A stretch of 64,000 bases of DNA from assembly GCA_041611735.1 (NCBI GenBank), contig JBFIML010000009.1, forward strand, positions 28,545 through 92,544, read 5' to 3'. Each line of letters opens with the position of its first letter. Within the stretch, counting starts at the first letter, position 1. Positions 22,988-32,440 of this stretch are shown here, one piece after another. The notes below the pieces were generated by a model that was given only the letters and a program-made list of their open reading frames with translations, did not search any database and had not been told where the DNA came from. Made by a program: the position numbers and the translations under genes. The stretch is from Myxococcota bacterium. Lineage in GTDB: Bacteria; Myxococcota_A; UBA9160; PR03.

Positions 22988-24051
22988 AGGAAGCGATCGC
23001 GGGGCCGGTCCTCGAGGGGGCGCGCAACGTGCTGGTGCGCGGGCCCAACTGGGCAGGCGACGTGATCATGGCGACGCCGGCCTTCCGCGCCCTGCGGGCG
23101 GGCTTCCCGGCGGCGCGTCTCACCCTCCAGCTCCGGCCGGGTCTCGAGCCGCTCCTGGAGGGGGCGCCCTGGTTCGACGCCGTCGTTCGCGTGCGCTCCC
23201 ATGGCAAGGGGCTCGTGGCCCTGTGGCGCGAGGCGCGCGAGTTGCGGGCCGAGCGCTTCGACCTGGGCGTCTGCCTGCCCGACTCCTTCGCCTCGGCTCT
23301 GCTGCTTCGCGCCGGCGCCGTGCAGCGGGTCGTGGGCTATCGCACCCAGGGCCGCGGCCCGCTGCTCCATCTGGCGGTGGACCCGCCTGCCAGGACCCGT
23401 GGCCGTCGCCTGGTGGCGCGCGAACGCCACGTGCTCGGACTGGTGGAGGCGCTGGGCTGCCCGGGCCAGGGCACCCACCTGGAGCTCTTCGTGAGCGAGC
23501 GCGAGGAGGCGGCGCGTCGGCGGTTGTTTGCGGAACGGCGCCTGGACGAGACGCGTCCCTTCGCCGCCCTGGCACCGGGCGCCTCCTACGGAGCGTCGAA
23601 GCTCTGGCCTGCGGAGCGTTTCGCCCGGGTGGGGGACGCCCTCGCCGAAGCCGGCGCGCAGGTGGCCGTCGTCGGGGCTCCCGGGGAGCGCAGGCTCGCG
23701 GAGCGGCTGGTGGCCGCCATGCGCCGGCCGGCGGTGGACCTGACGCCGCATCTCGACCTGGGGCTGCTCAAGGCGGTGCTGCGCCGGGCGCGGGTGCTGG
23801 TCTGCAACGATGCCGGAGCGCGGCACGTGGCGGTGGCGTTCGGTGTCTCCTGCGTGGTGCTCTTCGGGCCCACGAGCCTGGCGAAGACGAACTTGAACCT
23901 GGAGCGGGTGACGGCTCTGGCCGCGGACGTGGCCTGCCGGCCCTGCTACCACCGCGTCTGCCCCATCGATCATCGTTGCATGACACGGCTCGATCCGGAG
24001 CGCGTGATCGCAGCGGCGCTCGCCGCCCTCGCTGGCCGGGGACGCTCTTGA
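22984..24051 (+). CDS. waaF: GT9 heptosyltransferase II
   Basis: RGPNWAGDVIM, APGASYGASKLWP, CNDAGARHVA, FGPT, C-terminal CRPC..C..CM. Confidence 0.85.
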   Translation: MKEAIAGPVLEGARNVLVRGPNWAGDVIMATPAFRALRAGFPAARLTLQLRPGLEPLLEGAPWFDAVVRVRSHGKGLVALWREARELRAERFDLGVCLPDSFASALLLRAGAVQRVVGYRTQGRGPLLHLAVDPPARTRGRRLVARERHVLGLVEALGCPGQGTHLELFVSEREEAARRRLFAERRLDETRPFAALAPGASYGASKLWPAERFARVGDALAEAGAQVAVVGAPGERRLAERLVAAMRRPAVDLTPHLDLGLLKAVLRRARVLVCNDAGARHVAVAFGVSCVVLFGPTSLAKTNLNLERVTALAADVACRPCYHRVCPIDHRCMTRLDPERVIAAALAALAGRGRS

Positions 24052-24071
24052 CCAGTCAAGAGCGTCCCCGG
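24036..24071. repeat. Perfect 17-bp inverted repeat spanning two convergent stop codons
   Basis: CCGGGGACGCTCTTGAC-CA-GTCAAGAGCGTCCCCGG. Confidence 0.95.
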
Positions 24072-25198
24072 ACGTAGACGGCCTCCACCTCTTCGGCCTG
24101 CCGCTGCGGGTCGAAGCGCGACACGGCGTTGCGGCGCGCGGCGTCGCCGAGGCGGGTGCGCAGGTCGGCGTCGCGGCCCAGGCGCACCAGGGCGTCGCCC
24201 AGCCGCTGCGGCGTGTCCTCCACCACGATTCCGTCCAGCTCGTCGGTGACGAGCTCCGGCAACATGCCGCGACGCGACGCCAGGACCGGCCGACCCAGGG
24301 CCATGGCCTCCCGGACGGCCCGACAGGAGCCGTCGGTGCCCGGGACCAGGAAGACCTTCACGTCGAGCGCGCGCAGCCCGCCGACGTACTCGTCGTCCCG
24401 CAGGTAGCCCGGGAAGATCGCCACTTCTCCGAGGCCGAGGGCCTGGGCGGGACGCACCGCCACCTCCTCCCGGTGGGTGCCCCGGCCGATCACCACGAGC
24501 CGCAGCTCCGGGAGGACCCGATGGGCCCGTGCCACCGCCGCCAGCAGCACGTCGAAGCGCCGCCGCCGCTGGACGCGTGCCGCGATGCCGACCACGAAGT
24601 GCTCGGGCCGGAGGCCGAGCTTGGCGCGCAGGTCCGGCAGCGGGCGCGCCGGGTCGAAGCGTGCCAGATCGATGGCCGTCTCCACCCGCTGCACGCGGTC
24701 CGGCTCGATCCGAAAGCGGCGCACGTCGGTCTCGAGAGCGCGGCGCGACAGCTCGATCAGCACGTCGGTGCGGCGCGGCAGGAGCCAGCGGTTGCGGAGC
24801 CCGGCGGCGAGGGGCACCGCGTCGTGGTTGGTGCGCACCAGAAGCGGCGCGGAGCGCGTCCGCCCGCAGGCCAGGGCCGCGGTCAGGTGGTCGTTGGGGA
24901 GGTGACAGTGGACGACGTCGAAGCGCCGCTCGCCGAACAGGCGCCCGAGGTGGCGGGCGTCGCGCCAGGCGGCCAGGGGCTCGAAGTGCTTGGGCAGGCG
25001 CAGCCCCGGAACGGTGGCCAGGCCGCGCGCGGCCGCCGCGGCGGCCACGAGCCCGCTCTCCACGGGCACGTGGGCGGGCTTCGGCATGTGCGCCACGACC
25101 ACGTCGTGGCCGCGCCGGGCCAGGTGCTCCGCCAGACGCAGGGCGGGCTCCGCGGGGCCCGTGAGCTTGAAGTTGCTCAACAGGTGCAGGACGCGCAT
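24056..25198 (-). CDS. Glycosyltransferase family 4
   Basis: MRVLHL, DVVHCH, IDLARF, REAMALGRPVLAS, GT-B pattern. Confidence 0.88.
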   Translation of the reverse strand: MRVLHLLSNFKLTGPAEPALRLAEHLARRGHDVVVAHMPKPAHVPVESGLVAAAAAARGLATVPGLRLPKHFEPLAAWRDARHLGRLFGERRFDVVHCHLPNDHLTAALACGRTRSAPLLVRTNHDAVPLAAGLRNRWLLPRRTDVLIELSRRALETDVRRFRIEPDRVQRVETAIDLARFDPARPLPDLRAKLGLRPEHFVVGIAARVQRRRRFDVLLAAVARAHRVLPELRLVVIGRGTHREEVAVRPAQALGLGEVAIFPGYLRDDEYVGGLRALDVKVFLVPGTDGSCRAVREAMALGRPVLASRRGMLPELVTDELDGIVVEDTPQRLGDALVRLGRDADLRTRLGDAARRNAVSRFDPQRQAEEVEAVYVRGRS

Positions 25199-25202
25199 GG
25201 GC

Positions 25203-26108
25203 TCAGACCGGCTTGTCGTGACGGCGCCGTTCGGCGAGCCACTTGCGCCCGCCGTGGGCCAGCCAGCGCTCGCGCCGCGCGTGGGCGACGGCGGCGATCT
25301 CGCGCAGCGTCCCGAATCGGTCCAGCTCCGGATGGAATGCCACGTAACGGCGGAAGAAGCGCTGCTTGTCGCCTTCCTCGGGAGGTACGGGCAGGTGCGC
25401 CAGCTGTCCCAGGTTGTGGATCTTGAAGCGGGCGGAAGGCCTGCGCCCCAGGCGGACGTCGCTCAGGTCGATCAGGAAGATCTCGACCCGTCCGGTCCGC
25501 TCGCGAACCAGCAGGTTCTTCGGCGCGAGGTCCCGGTGCCGTAGCCGGTGGGCGTGGAGGCGACCCACGAAGTCCGCGGCCGCGTCCAGGAAGGCCTCCC
25601 AGCGCAGGCGTGCCTCCGGGTCGAGGGGGTGCCCGTGTTCTGCCACCCACTCCACCACGGGCACCGCATCGGCCAGGTACTCGTTCACGAAGTAGGAGCG
25701 GGGACCGGCCTCGAGGGCGCCGAAGGGCGTAGGGGTCGCGATGCCGCGTACCCGGCAGGCATGCGCCCCGAGCCAGGCCCGGCGCGCCCGCGAGCCGGTG
25801 AGCCGGTCTACCAGCCGCTGGCGCACGCGGGGCCGCTGGAACTCCTTCACGCACAACGGCGGAAAGCCCGGGGTCGTCGGCTCCACCACGCTCAGCCGGG
25901 CGCGCCGGTCGGTCTTCAGGACGCCGTTCGCGTCGCCGCGTGCCAGGCGCGCGTCGTGCACACCGACCACCTCGGCGAGAAGCTCGGGTGGAACCCGTTC
26001 GGGCCGGAACCAGGTCGCCGCGTCGCGCCGCTCACGCCGGAAGCCTCCGCCGCTGGCCAGACAGCGCCGCGCCTCGCGGTCGTAGTGGTTCTCCCGGGAA
26101 GGGTCCAC
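25203..26108 (-). CDS. Kdo/WaaP (InaA)-family LPS kinase
   Basis: VKEF, SRARRAW, GIATPTP, HRDLAPKNLL, LIDL; GTG start estimated. Confidence 0.8.
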   Translation of the reverse strand: MDPSRENHYDREARRCLASGGGFRRERRDAATWFRPERVPPELLAEVVGVHDARLARGDANGVLKTDRRARLSVVEPTTPGFPPLCVKEFQRPRVRQRLVDRLTGSRARRAWLGAHACRVRGIATPTPFGALEAGPRSYFVNEYLADAVPVVEWVAEHGHPLDPEARLRWEAFLDAAADFVGRLHAHRLRHRDLAPKNLLVRERTGRVEIFLIDLSDVRLGRRPSARFKIHNLGQLAHLPVPPEEGDKQRFFRRYVAFHPELDRFGTLREIAAVAHARRERWLAHGGRKWLAERRRHDKPV

Positions 26109-26209
26109 GTCGAGCGAGCAGTATACACAGCCATTGCGGGCTCGCCTGCGTTGCACGCGCACGGAGGGGCCGCTACTCGTGACGCTCTCGATGTTCGGGT
26201 TGGGGAGTG

Positions 26210-26257
26210 CGGATCGGGAGAAGCTCGGATCGGGAGAAGGTCGGATCGGGAGAACAT
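26210..26257 (+). repeat. Three tandem 16-bp units with invariant core CGGATCGGGAGAA
   Basis: cggatcgggagaagct cggatcgggagaaggt cggatcgggagaacat. Confidence 0.95.
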
Positions 26258-27537
26258 TGGGAGTGCAGATCGGAGCGTGGCGGGTGGTGTGGGCTGCGGA
26301 CGCCCCGCGTACCGCCCTGACGCGACTGCTTCGCGAGCTCGGCGACCCCGACCCAGCCGACGCCGTGGTCGTCAAGCGCAGCCGCGTGCGACGCGTGCTG
26401 CGCGTCGCGCTCGAGGACGGGAGCCGCGTCTACCTGAAGCGGGATCCGGCCCGCGGTGGCAGCGAGCGTTGGCGCGCCCTGGTGGGGCGTTCGCGGGCGA
26501 TGCAGGAGTTCGTCAACCTGCAGCGGCTCGGCGTTCTCGAGGTGCCGGCGGTGGCACCGCTGGCCTGCGCCGAGCGGCGGGAGGGTCCCTGGCTGCGCGA
26601 GGCGCTCCTGGCGACGCGCGAGGTGCCCGGCGCGGCGGTGCTGCGCGACGTCCTCCGGCGCGATGCGGGCCCCGCACTTCTCCTCGAGCTGGCCCACCAC
26701 ATGCGACGTCTGCACGACAGCGGATGCTGGCATCGGGACCTGCACGCCGGGAACGTGCTGGTGGAGGCGCGCGGCGGCCGGCCGGCAATCTGCTTCGTGG
26801 ACGTACAGAAGCTGCGACGCCTTCCGCTCTCCCTGCCCCGGGGGCTGCGTCACCGGGACCTCGGCATGCTGCACTACGACCTGGCCCGGCTGGTGGACGA
26901 CGCCACCCGGGCCCGGGTCCTCGAGGCCTACGCGCGCTCGGGGACGCCCGAGCTGGATGTGGGGAGGCTGCGTGCTCGGGTCGAGCGGGCTTGCGCGCGG
27001 CGGGCGCGGCGTCGGCTGCGCAGTCGCGAGCGACGCTGCGTGCGGCCCTCCACCGGCTTCCGGATCGAGCGCCGCGGCCGCTATCGCATCTACCGCCGGG
27101 CCGACCTGCCCCACGACTCGGTCCTCGCTGCGCTCGAGGCGCACCGGCGCGCCATGGCGCCGGGCCTCGTCGGGTCCCCTCAAGCCCGGCGGGCGACGCT
27201 CGTGGCGGGCGTGCTCGGGGGGCCGCCGCCCGGGCCCGCCCCGCGCCCCTTCGACCGGGGACAGGGAGCGCCCGAGCCGGGATCCCCGGCGCGGGGTGCG
27301 GTGCTCGTGCGGGAGGAGCCGGGCCGCGGCCTCGCGGAGATCCTGCTGCGGCCCCTGGGTCGACATGCGGGGATGCGGGCCTGGCGCGCGGCGCACGCGC
27401 AGCTGCTGCGCGGCATCGACCAGCCCGCGCCCCTGGCCCTGGTGGAGGAGCGCCACCACGGACGCGTGGTGCGATCCTACCTGCTGGCGCGCGACGCGCC
27501 GGGAGCCGAGGATCCGGCTTCCAGCAGCTCGGAGTAG
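26257..27537 (+). CDS. Kdo/WaaP (InaA)-family LPS kinase with truncated second kinase-like domain
   Basis: VYLKR, SRAMQEF, HRDLHAGNVL, FVD; start could be ATG 26191, TTG 26257 or GTG 26263. Confidence 0.78.
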   Translation: MGVQIGAWRVVWAADAPRTALTRLLRELGDPDPADAVVVKRSRVRRVLRVALEDGSRVYLKRDPARGGSERWRALVGRSRAMQEFVNLQRLGVLEVPAVAPLACAERREGPWLREALLATREVPGAAVLRDVLRRDAGPALLLELAHHMRRLHDSGCWHRDLHAGNVLVEARGGRPAICFVDVQKLRRLPLSLPRGLRHRDLGMLHYDLARLVDDATRARVLEAYARSGTPELDVGRLRARVERACARRARRRLRSRERRCVRPSTGFRIERRGRYRIYRRADLPHDSVLAALEAHRRAMAPGLVGSPQARRATLVAGVLGGPPPGPAPRPFDRGQGAPEPGSPARGAVLVREEPGRGLAEILLRPLGRHAGMRAWRAAHAQLLRGIDQPAPLALVEERHHGRVVRSYLLARDAPGAEDPASSSSE

Positions 27538-28619
27538 AGCTCCTCGTAGGCTGCCACCATCTGGTCGGCGCGGAAGCCCTCGGCGATGCGTCCGGGGCCG
27601 GCCCGGCCGAGCTCCCGGCGCAGCGCGGGCTCGCGCAGCAGGCGTCCGAGGGCCGCGGCCAGTGCGGCCGGGTCGTCGGGGGGTACGAGCAGCCCCGTAC
27701 CGCCCTCCACCACCGCCTCCGCGAGCCCGCCCACGCGGCTTGCCACCACGGGACGGCCGGCGGCCATGGCCTCCAGGGCGGCCACGCCGAGCCCCTCGCG
27801 GCGTGCGGGCAGCGCGAAGACGTCGCACGCGGCCAGCAGATCGGGTACGTCCTCGCGTCGGCCCAGAAAGCGCACGCGCTTGGCCAGCCCGAGCTCCTCG
27901 CTCAGCCGTTCGAGGCCGCTGCGGGCGGGACCCGAACCGCAGATCCAGAGGACGGGAGCCAGCCCTTCCTCCACCAGGCGCGCCAGGGCCCGCAGCAGCA
28001 CGTCGAGCCCCTTGCGGGGCACGAGAGCCGCCACGGTCAGGAACAGGATCTCGTTCCCGAGTCCCTCGGCGGCTCGCACCGATTCCCGGCTGCGGGTCGG
28101 AGCCAGGGCCTGTGGGTCCACGGCACTCGGGATCACGCGCAGCGCCGCCTCCGGGACGCCGCCCGCCCGGAGACGCCCCGCCACCGCCGGCGAGATGGCG
28201 ACCACGCCCCGCACGAGGCGGCCATACAGGAGGCGCGTGCGCCAGCCGCGGCGTACCGGTCGATCCATGCGGCGGGTGGTCAGCGCGGGCACCCGGGCGC
28301 TCCGGGCGGCCAGCCCCCCGAGCCAGGTGGCCCGCGCCGTGTGCAGGTGGACGAGATCGGCCCTGGCGGAGCGCAGCAGCCGGCGCAGGGCGAGCAGGGC
28401 GGGCAGATCGAGATCGTTGCGCATGGTAAGCGGGCGCACGTCCAGAGCGCGGGCGCGCGCCTCGTGCTCCGCCCGGCTTCCGGGCGGACACACCAGGAGC
28501 GAGGCGTGGCCGCGGCGGCGCAGCCCCTCCAGCAGGAGGAAGACCTGCCGCTCGCCTCCCGAGAAGCCCGTCTCGGCATCCACGTGAACGATGCGGAGCG
28601 GTCGCGAAGGAGCGATCAT
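27477..28619 (-). CDS. Glycosyltransferase family 4
   Basis: GGERQV, KGLDVLL, FLGRREDV, EGLGVAALEAMAAG, TGLLVPP; 61-nt convergent overlap with the kinase gene. Confidence 0.92.
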   Translation of the reverse strand: MIAPSRPLRIVHVDAETGFSGGERQVFLLLEGLRRRGHASLLVCPPGSRAEHEARARALDVRPLTMRNDLDLPALLALRRLLRSARADLVHLHTARATWLGGLAARSARVPALTTRRMDRPVRRGWRTRLLYGRLVRGVVAISPAVAGRLRAGGVPEAALRVIPSAVDPQALAPTRSRESVRAAEGLGNEILFLTVAALVPRKGLDVLLRALARLVEEGLAPVLWICGSGPARSGLERLSEELGLAKRVRFLGRREDVPDLLAACDVFALPARREGLGVAALEAMAAGRPVVASRVGGLAEAVVEGGTGLLVPPDDPAALAAALGRLLREPALRRELGRAGPGRIAEGFRADQMVAAYEELYSELLEAGSSAPGASRASR

Positions 28620-28709
28620 GACGCGTGGACGGCCGCCGTGCGGGGGGGAAGCTGCGGCGGAGCAGGGTAGGGACTCCGGCGGGAGGGCGCTCGCCGGCGG
28701 TGGGGAAGC

Positions 28710-30353
28710 GTGAGACGAGCCGAAGCTGCCAACCCGCACGCCGCGGCGGCCGCCCCGGGGCCGCCCGTGTCGCGGGGCGAGGTGGGGGCCCTTGCGGCCC
28801 TTGCCCTGCTTGCGGCCGGGCTCCGCGTGATCGCCTGGCGACGCACCGTGGTGATGTTCAACGACGGCCCCATCTTCCTGGATCTCGCGCAGCGCATGGG
28901 TGCCGGCGACTGGCGGGGTGCGCTCGCCCACGACTTCCACCCGCTCTACCCGGCCCTCACGCTGGTCGCCCATCGTCTCGGGCTCGGCTGGGCGGACGCC
29001 GCGGCGGCGGTCTCGATCGCTGGCGGAGCCGCTGCAGTCGTCTTCCTCTATGCCTTCCTGCGCCACGCCTTCGGCCGCAGCCTGGCCTTCGTCGGGGCCG
29101 GGCTCCTGGCCGTGCAGGACCGGGCGGTGGAGTACGGCTCGGACGTCCAGACCGACGCCCTGCATCTCGCGCTCTTCTTGGCCACGGTGGCGCTGGGGGC
29201 GCGGGCGCTGCGGCGTCGTTCCCCGAGCGGCGCCCTGGCCTGCGGCGGCGTCGCGGGCCTCGCCTACCTGACCCGCCCGGAGGGGCTGGTGGCCGCCTCC
29301 GGCGTCGGGCTCCTGGGGTTCCTGCGCGTGTTGCGTGGGCGCTGGCCCCGCGCAGCCGGGGCCAGCTGGCTGGCTGCCCTGGCCATGGGTGTAGCCGTGT
29401 GCGTGGTCCCCTACGCCACGGCCCTGCGTCTCGAGACCGGCCGCTGGGGCTTGAGTCAGAAGAAATCGGTGACGGTCATGGCGGGTCTCGCTCCCGAGTC
29501 GGAGGCGCCGCCGGCTCCCGCCACGGCTCCGAAGGTCCAGGTCGCGCCGCGAGCTCCGGCGGCGGCCCCGAACGCCGATCCCGTGGAGCCGGAAGCGCCG
29601 CCGGCGGCCGCGAGCCGGCGGGGCACCTCCGCCACGGCCGCTCTGCTGCAGCGCGTCCTGCGCGCGGCCACCGACGTCGTGCGCACCGCCATCGCGGCGC
29701 TGCGCTACGAGATGCTTCCGGTGTTCCTCCTGGGCGTGGCCCTCCGCTTCGGGCGACCCCGGGCGGACGGCGCCCTGGTGCTCGCGGTGGCCGCGGTGCA
29801 TGCCGCGCTGCTCGTCGCGCTGCTCCTTTCCTACGGGTATCTGAGCAAGCGCCACGTCCTGCCGCCCGTGGTGCTCGCCTACGGATGGGTGGCGCTCGGG
29901 GCGGCCTGGCTCGCGAGCCTGGCGCTGGCGACGGGACGGCGCGTACGCGCGGCCCCGGCCGCCGTGGGTCTGCGCAGCGCGGCGGTCCTGGGCCTCGCAC
30001 TGCTGGCGATCGCTCCGCTGATTCGCCAGCTCGAGCCCAAGCGCCTCGACAAGCTGGCCGAACGCCGTGCCGCGGAGTGGCTGCGCGTGCACCGCTCCGC
30101 CCAGGGAGGCGCGGTGGCGGCCGATCGCTCGCGCGTGGCGTGGTACGCGCAGGCGCCCTACGTCTCCCTGCGCGGTCTGCCGAGCCGGGAGCCGCTCGCG
30201 GCGCTGCAGCGCCTCGAGGTCCGCTACGTGATCGTGGACGAGCCCGAGCAGCTGGACCGCCTGCGACTGGCCGATGCGCCGGGCGCCCGGCTGTTGCACC
30301 GGGTTCGCGCGTCCGACCACGAGGCCTGGGTCTTCGAGCTCCCGCCGCCCTGA
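28710..30353 (+). CDS. GT-C fold (ArnT/PMT-like) integral membrane glycosyltransferase
   Basis: NDG after TM1, HPLYP, TDAL, GLAYLTRPEG, many TM helices, soluble C-terminal domain. Confidence 0.72.
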   Translation: MRRAEAANPHAAAAAPGPPVSRGEVGALAALALLAAGLRVIAWRRTVVMFNDGPIFLDLAQRMGAGDWRGALAHDFHPLYPALTLVAHRLGLGWADAAAAVSIAGGAAAVVFLYAFLRHAFGRSLAFVGAGLLAVQDRAVEYGSDVQTDALHLALFLATVALGARALRRRSPSGALACGGVAGLAYLTRPEGLVAASGVGLLGFLRVLRGRWPRAAGASWLAALAMGVAVCVVPYATALRLETGRWGLSQKKSVTVMAGLAPESEAPPAPATAPKVQVAPRAPAAAPNADPVEPEAPPAAASRRGTSATAALLQRVLRAATDVVRTAIAALRYEMLPVFLLGVALRFGRPRADGALVLAVAAVHAALLVALLLSYGYLSKRHVLPPVVLAYGWVALGAAWLASLALATGRRVRAAPAAVGLRSAAVLGLALLAIAPLIRQLEPKRLDKLAERRAAEWLRVHRSAQGGAVAADRSRVAWYAQAPYVSLRGLPSREPLAALQRLEVRYVIVDEPEQLDRLRLADAPGARLLHRVRASDHEAWVFELPPP

Positions 30354-30478
30354 TCCTGCTCGGCCGGCGGCACGGACCGGGCGGCCGCGAGGGGGCGATC
30401 GACGCCAGCGCGGGCGGGCGGCTATGTTGGGCGGGCGCTGCCGCCGCGACCCTCCGCGGCCGGCCGAGGGGGATCCGG

Positions 30479-31486
30479 GTGCGCCTCGACCTCACGCGTC
30501 TCGAGAAGCTCGTGGATGCCTTTCGTCGCGTCCGGCTGCTGGTGGTGGGGGACGTGGTCCTGGACGAGTACCTATGGGGCGACGTGGAGCGCGTGAGCCC
30601 CGAAGCGCCCGTACCGGTCGTGCACGTGAATCGCGAGTCCACCGTGCTCGGTGGAGCGGGCAACGTGGTGCGGAACGTGGTGGCCCTCGGCGCAGGCTGC
30701 GACTTCTGCTCCGTGGTGGGCGAGGACGACGCGGGGCGTCGGGTGGTGGCGCTGCTCGAGGAGCAGGGTGTGGACGCGAGCCGCCTCGTGCGCGAGCCGG
30801 GCCGACCCACCACACGCAAGACGCGGGTGATCGCCCGCTCCCAGCAGGTGGTGCGCTTCGACCGGGAGAGCGTCGATCCGATCTCGACCCGCGCTGCCCA
30901 GGGGCTGCTGCGCGCCATCGAGCCCGTCCTGTCGCGGACGGATGGTGCGATCCTCGAGGACTACGGCAAGGGCGTGCTCTCCACCCGCGTCATCGGGGCC
31001 GCCATGCGCCTCACCCAGCAGGCGGGGGTGCCCGTGGCGGTGGACCCGAAGGGGCACCTGCGCGCCTACCGCGGCGCGTCGCTGCTCAAGCCGAACTTGC
31101 GCGAGGCGGAGCATCTGTCCGGCGTGGCGGTACGCCGGCCCGGGGATCTGGCACGCGCGGTGACCCGCCTGCGGCGCGTCATCGGGGGCGGCGCCGTGGT
31201 CGTGACCCGCGGAGCCGACGGCATGACCCTCTTCGAAGGGGATGGGCCGGGCCTCGCGGTGCACACGGCGCCGCGCGAGGTGTTCGACGTGCAGGGTGCG
31301 GGGGACACCACCATCGCCGCCCTGGCCCTGGCCCAGCGGGCCGGGGCTTCGCTGCTGGAGGCCGCCGTGATCGCGAATGCCGCCGCCGGCGTCGTCGTCG
31401 CCAAGATCGGCACGGCCACCGCGAGTCCCGAAGAGGTGCGCGAGGCGCTTCCGGCCGCCCTCGAGGCGGCGGAGGCGGGCGCGTGA
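30479..31486 (+). CDS. hldA: D-glycero-beta-D-manno-heptose-7-phosphate kinase (stand-alone RfaE domain I)
   Basis: VGDVVLDEY..VERVSPEAPVPV, GGAGNV, DYGKG, VDPK, DVQGAGDT; no adenylyltransferase domain. Confidence 0.92.
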   Translation: MRLDLTRLEKLVDAFRRVRLLVVGDVVLDEYLWGDVERVSPEAPVPVVHVNRESTVLGGAGNVVRNVVALGAGCDFCSVVGEDDAGRRVVALLEEQGVDASRLVREPGRPTTRKTRVIARSQQVVRFDRESVDPISTRAAQGLLRAIEPVLSRTDGAILEDYGKGVLSTRVIGAAMRLTQQAGVPVAVDPKGHLRAYRGASLLKPNLREAEHLSGVAVRRPGDLARAVTRLRRVIGGGAVVVTRGADGMTLFEGDGPGLAVHTAPREVFDVQGAGDTTIAALALAQRAGASLLEAAVIANAAAGVVVAKIGTATASPEEVREALPAALEAAEAGA

Positions 31487-32364
31487 TCCGCAGCATGACC
31501 GGCTTCGCAACCGCCGCCTTCGAGGTGGAAGGGGCCGCCTTCGAGCTCGAGGTGCGCACCGTGAACCACCGCCACCTGGATCTGCGGGTGCGTCTGCCGC
31601 GGGGCATGATCGCCTTCGAGTCGGCGCTGCGCGATCGGCTGCGGGCGCGAGTCGGGCGCGGCAAGGTGGACGTGACGGTGCGGACCGCCACCGGCGCCGC
31701 TTCCGTCGACACGGTGAACGTGGATCTCGCCGTCGCCGAGCGGTATCTGGGCTCGGCCACGCAGCTGGCCGAGCGACACGGGCTGCCGGGAGGTCTGGAT
31801 GCGGCCACGCTGCTGGCGCTCCCGGGCGTGGCGCGACTGGTGGAACGTTCGCTTCCGGCGCAGCCGTTGCGGGAGGCCCTGCACGCGAGCCTGGCCCGGG
31901 CCCTCGACGGGGTGGACGCCATGCGTTGCGCCGAGGGGGGGGCCCTCGGCCGCGAGCTCGAGACGCGGCTGGCGCGGGTGGACGAGCTGGCCGGCGGCGT
32001 GGAGGCGCGGGCGGACGTCGTGCAGCAGTCGGTGCGTGAACGGCTGCGCAAGCGTGCCAAGGAGCTCGCTCGCGAGACCGGCCTTCTCGACCAGGCTCGC
32101 CTCACCCAGGAGATCGTGCTGGCCGCGGACCGGCTCGACGTGACCGAGGAGGTCGTCCGCCTGCGCAGCCACGTGGAGCAGTTTCGCGGGCTCCTGGTGG
32201 CCGGAGAGCGCGTGGGCCGGCGGCTCGATTTCCTGCTCCAGGAGATGCTGCGCGAGGTGAACACGATCGGATCCAAGGGATCGGATGCTCCGATCGCCCA
32301 CCTCGTGGTCGAGCTCAAGAGCGAGCTCGAGCGCCTGCGCGAGCAGGTCCAGAACGTTGAGTGA
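31483..32364 (+). CDS. yicC: YicC/YloC family endoribonuclease
   Basis: [48 protein letters not shown]. Confidence 0.95.
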   Translation: MIRSMTGFATAAFEVEGAAFELEVRTVNHRHLDLRVRLPRGMIAFESALRDRLRARVGRGKVDVTVRTATGAASVDTVNVDLAVAERYLGSATQLAERHGLPGGLDAATLLALPGVARLVERSLPAQPLREALHASLARALDGVDAMRCAEGGALGRELETRLARVDELAGGVEARADVVQQSVRERLRKRAKELARETGLLDQARLTQEIVLAADRLDVTEEVVRLRSHVEQFRGLLVAGERVGRRLDFLLQEMLREVNTIGSKGSDAPIAHLVVELKSELERLREQVQNVE

Positions 32365-32440
32365 GACCCGCGCCCGCGCGCCCCAGGCAGGCCCGCACAC
32401 GCCGATCCTGGAGAGCCCGGCGGAAGCGCCTCGTCCTGGC

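Noticed and set aside
26210..26257. Repeat as a mini-CRISPR
   Set aside because: Units are 16 bp with only 3 variable bases, no spacers and no cas genes
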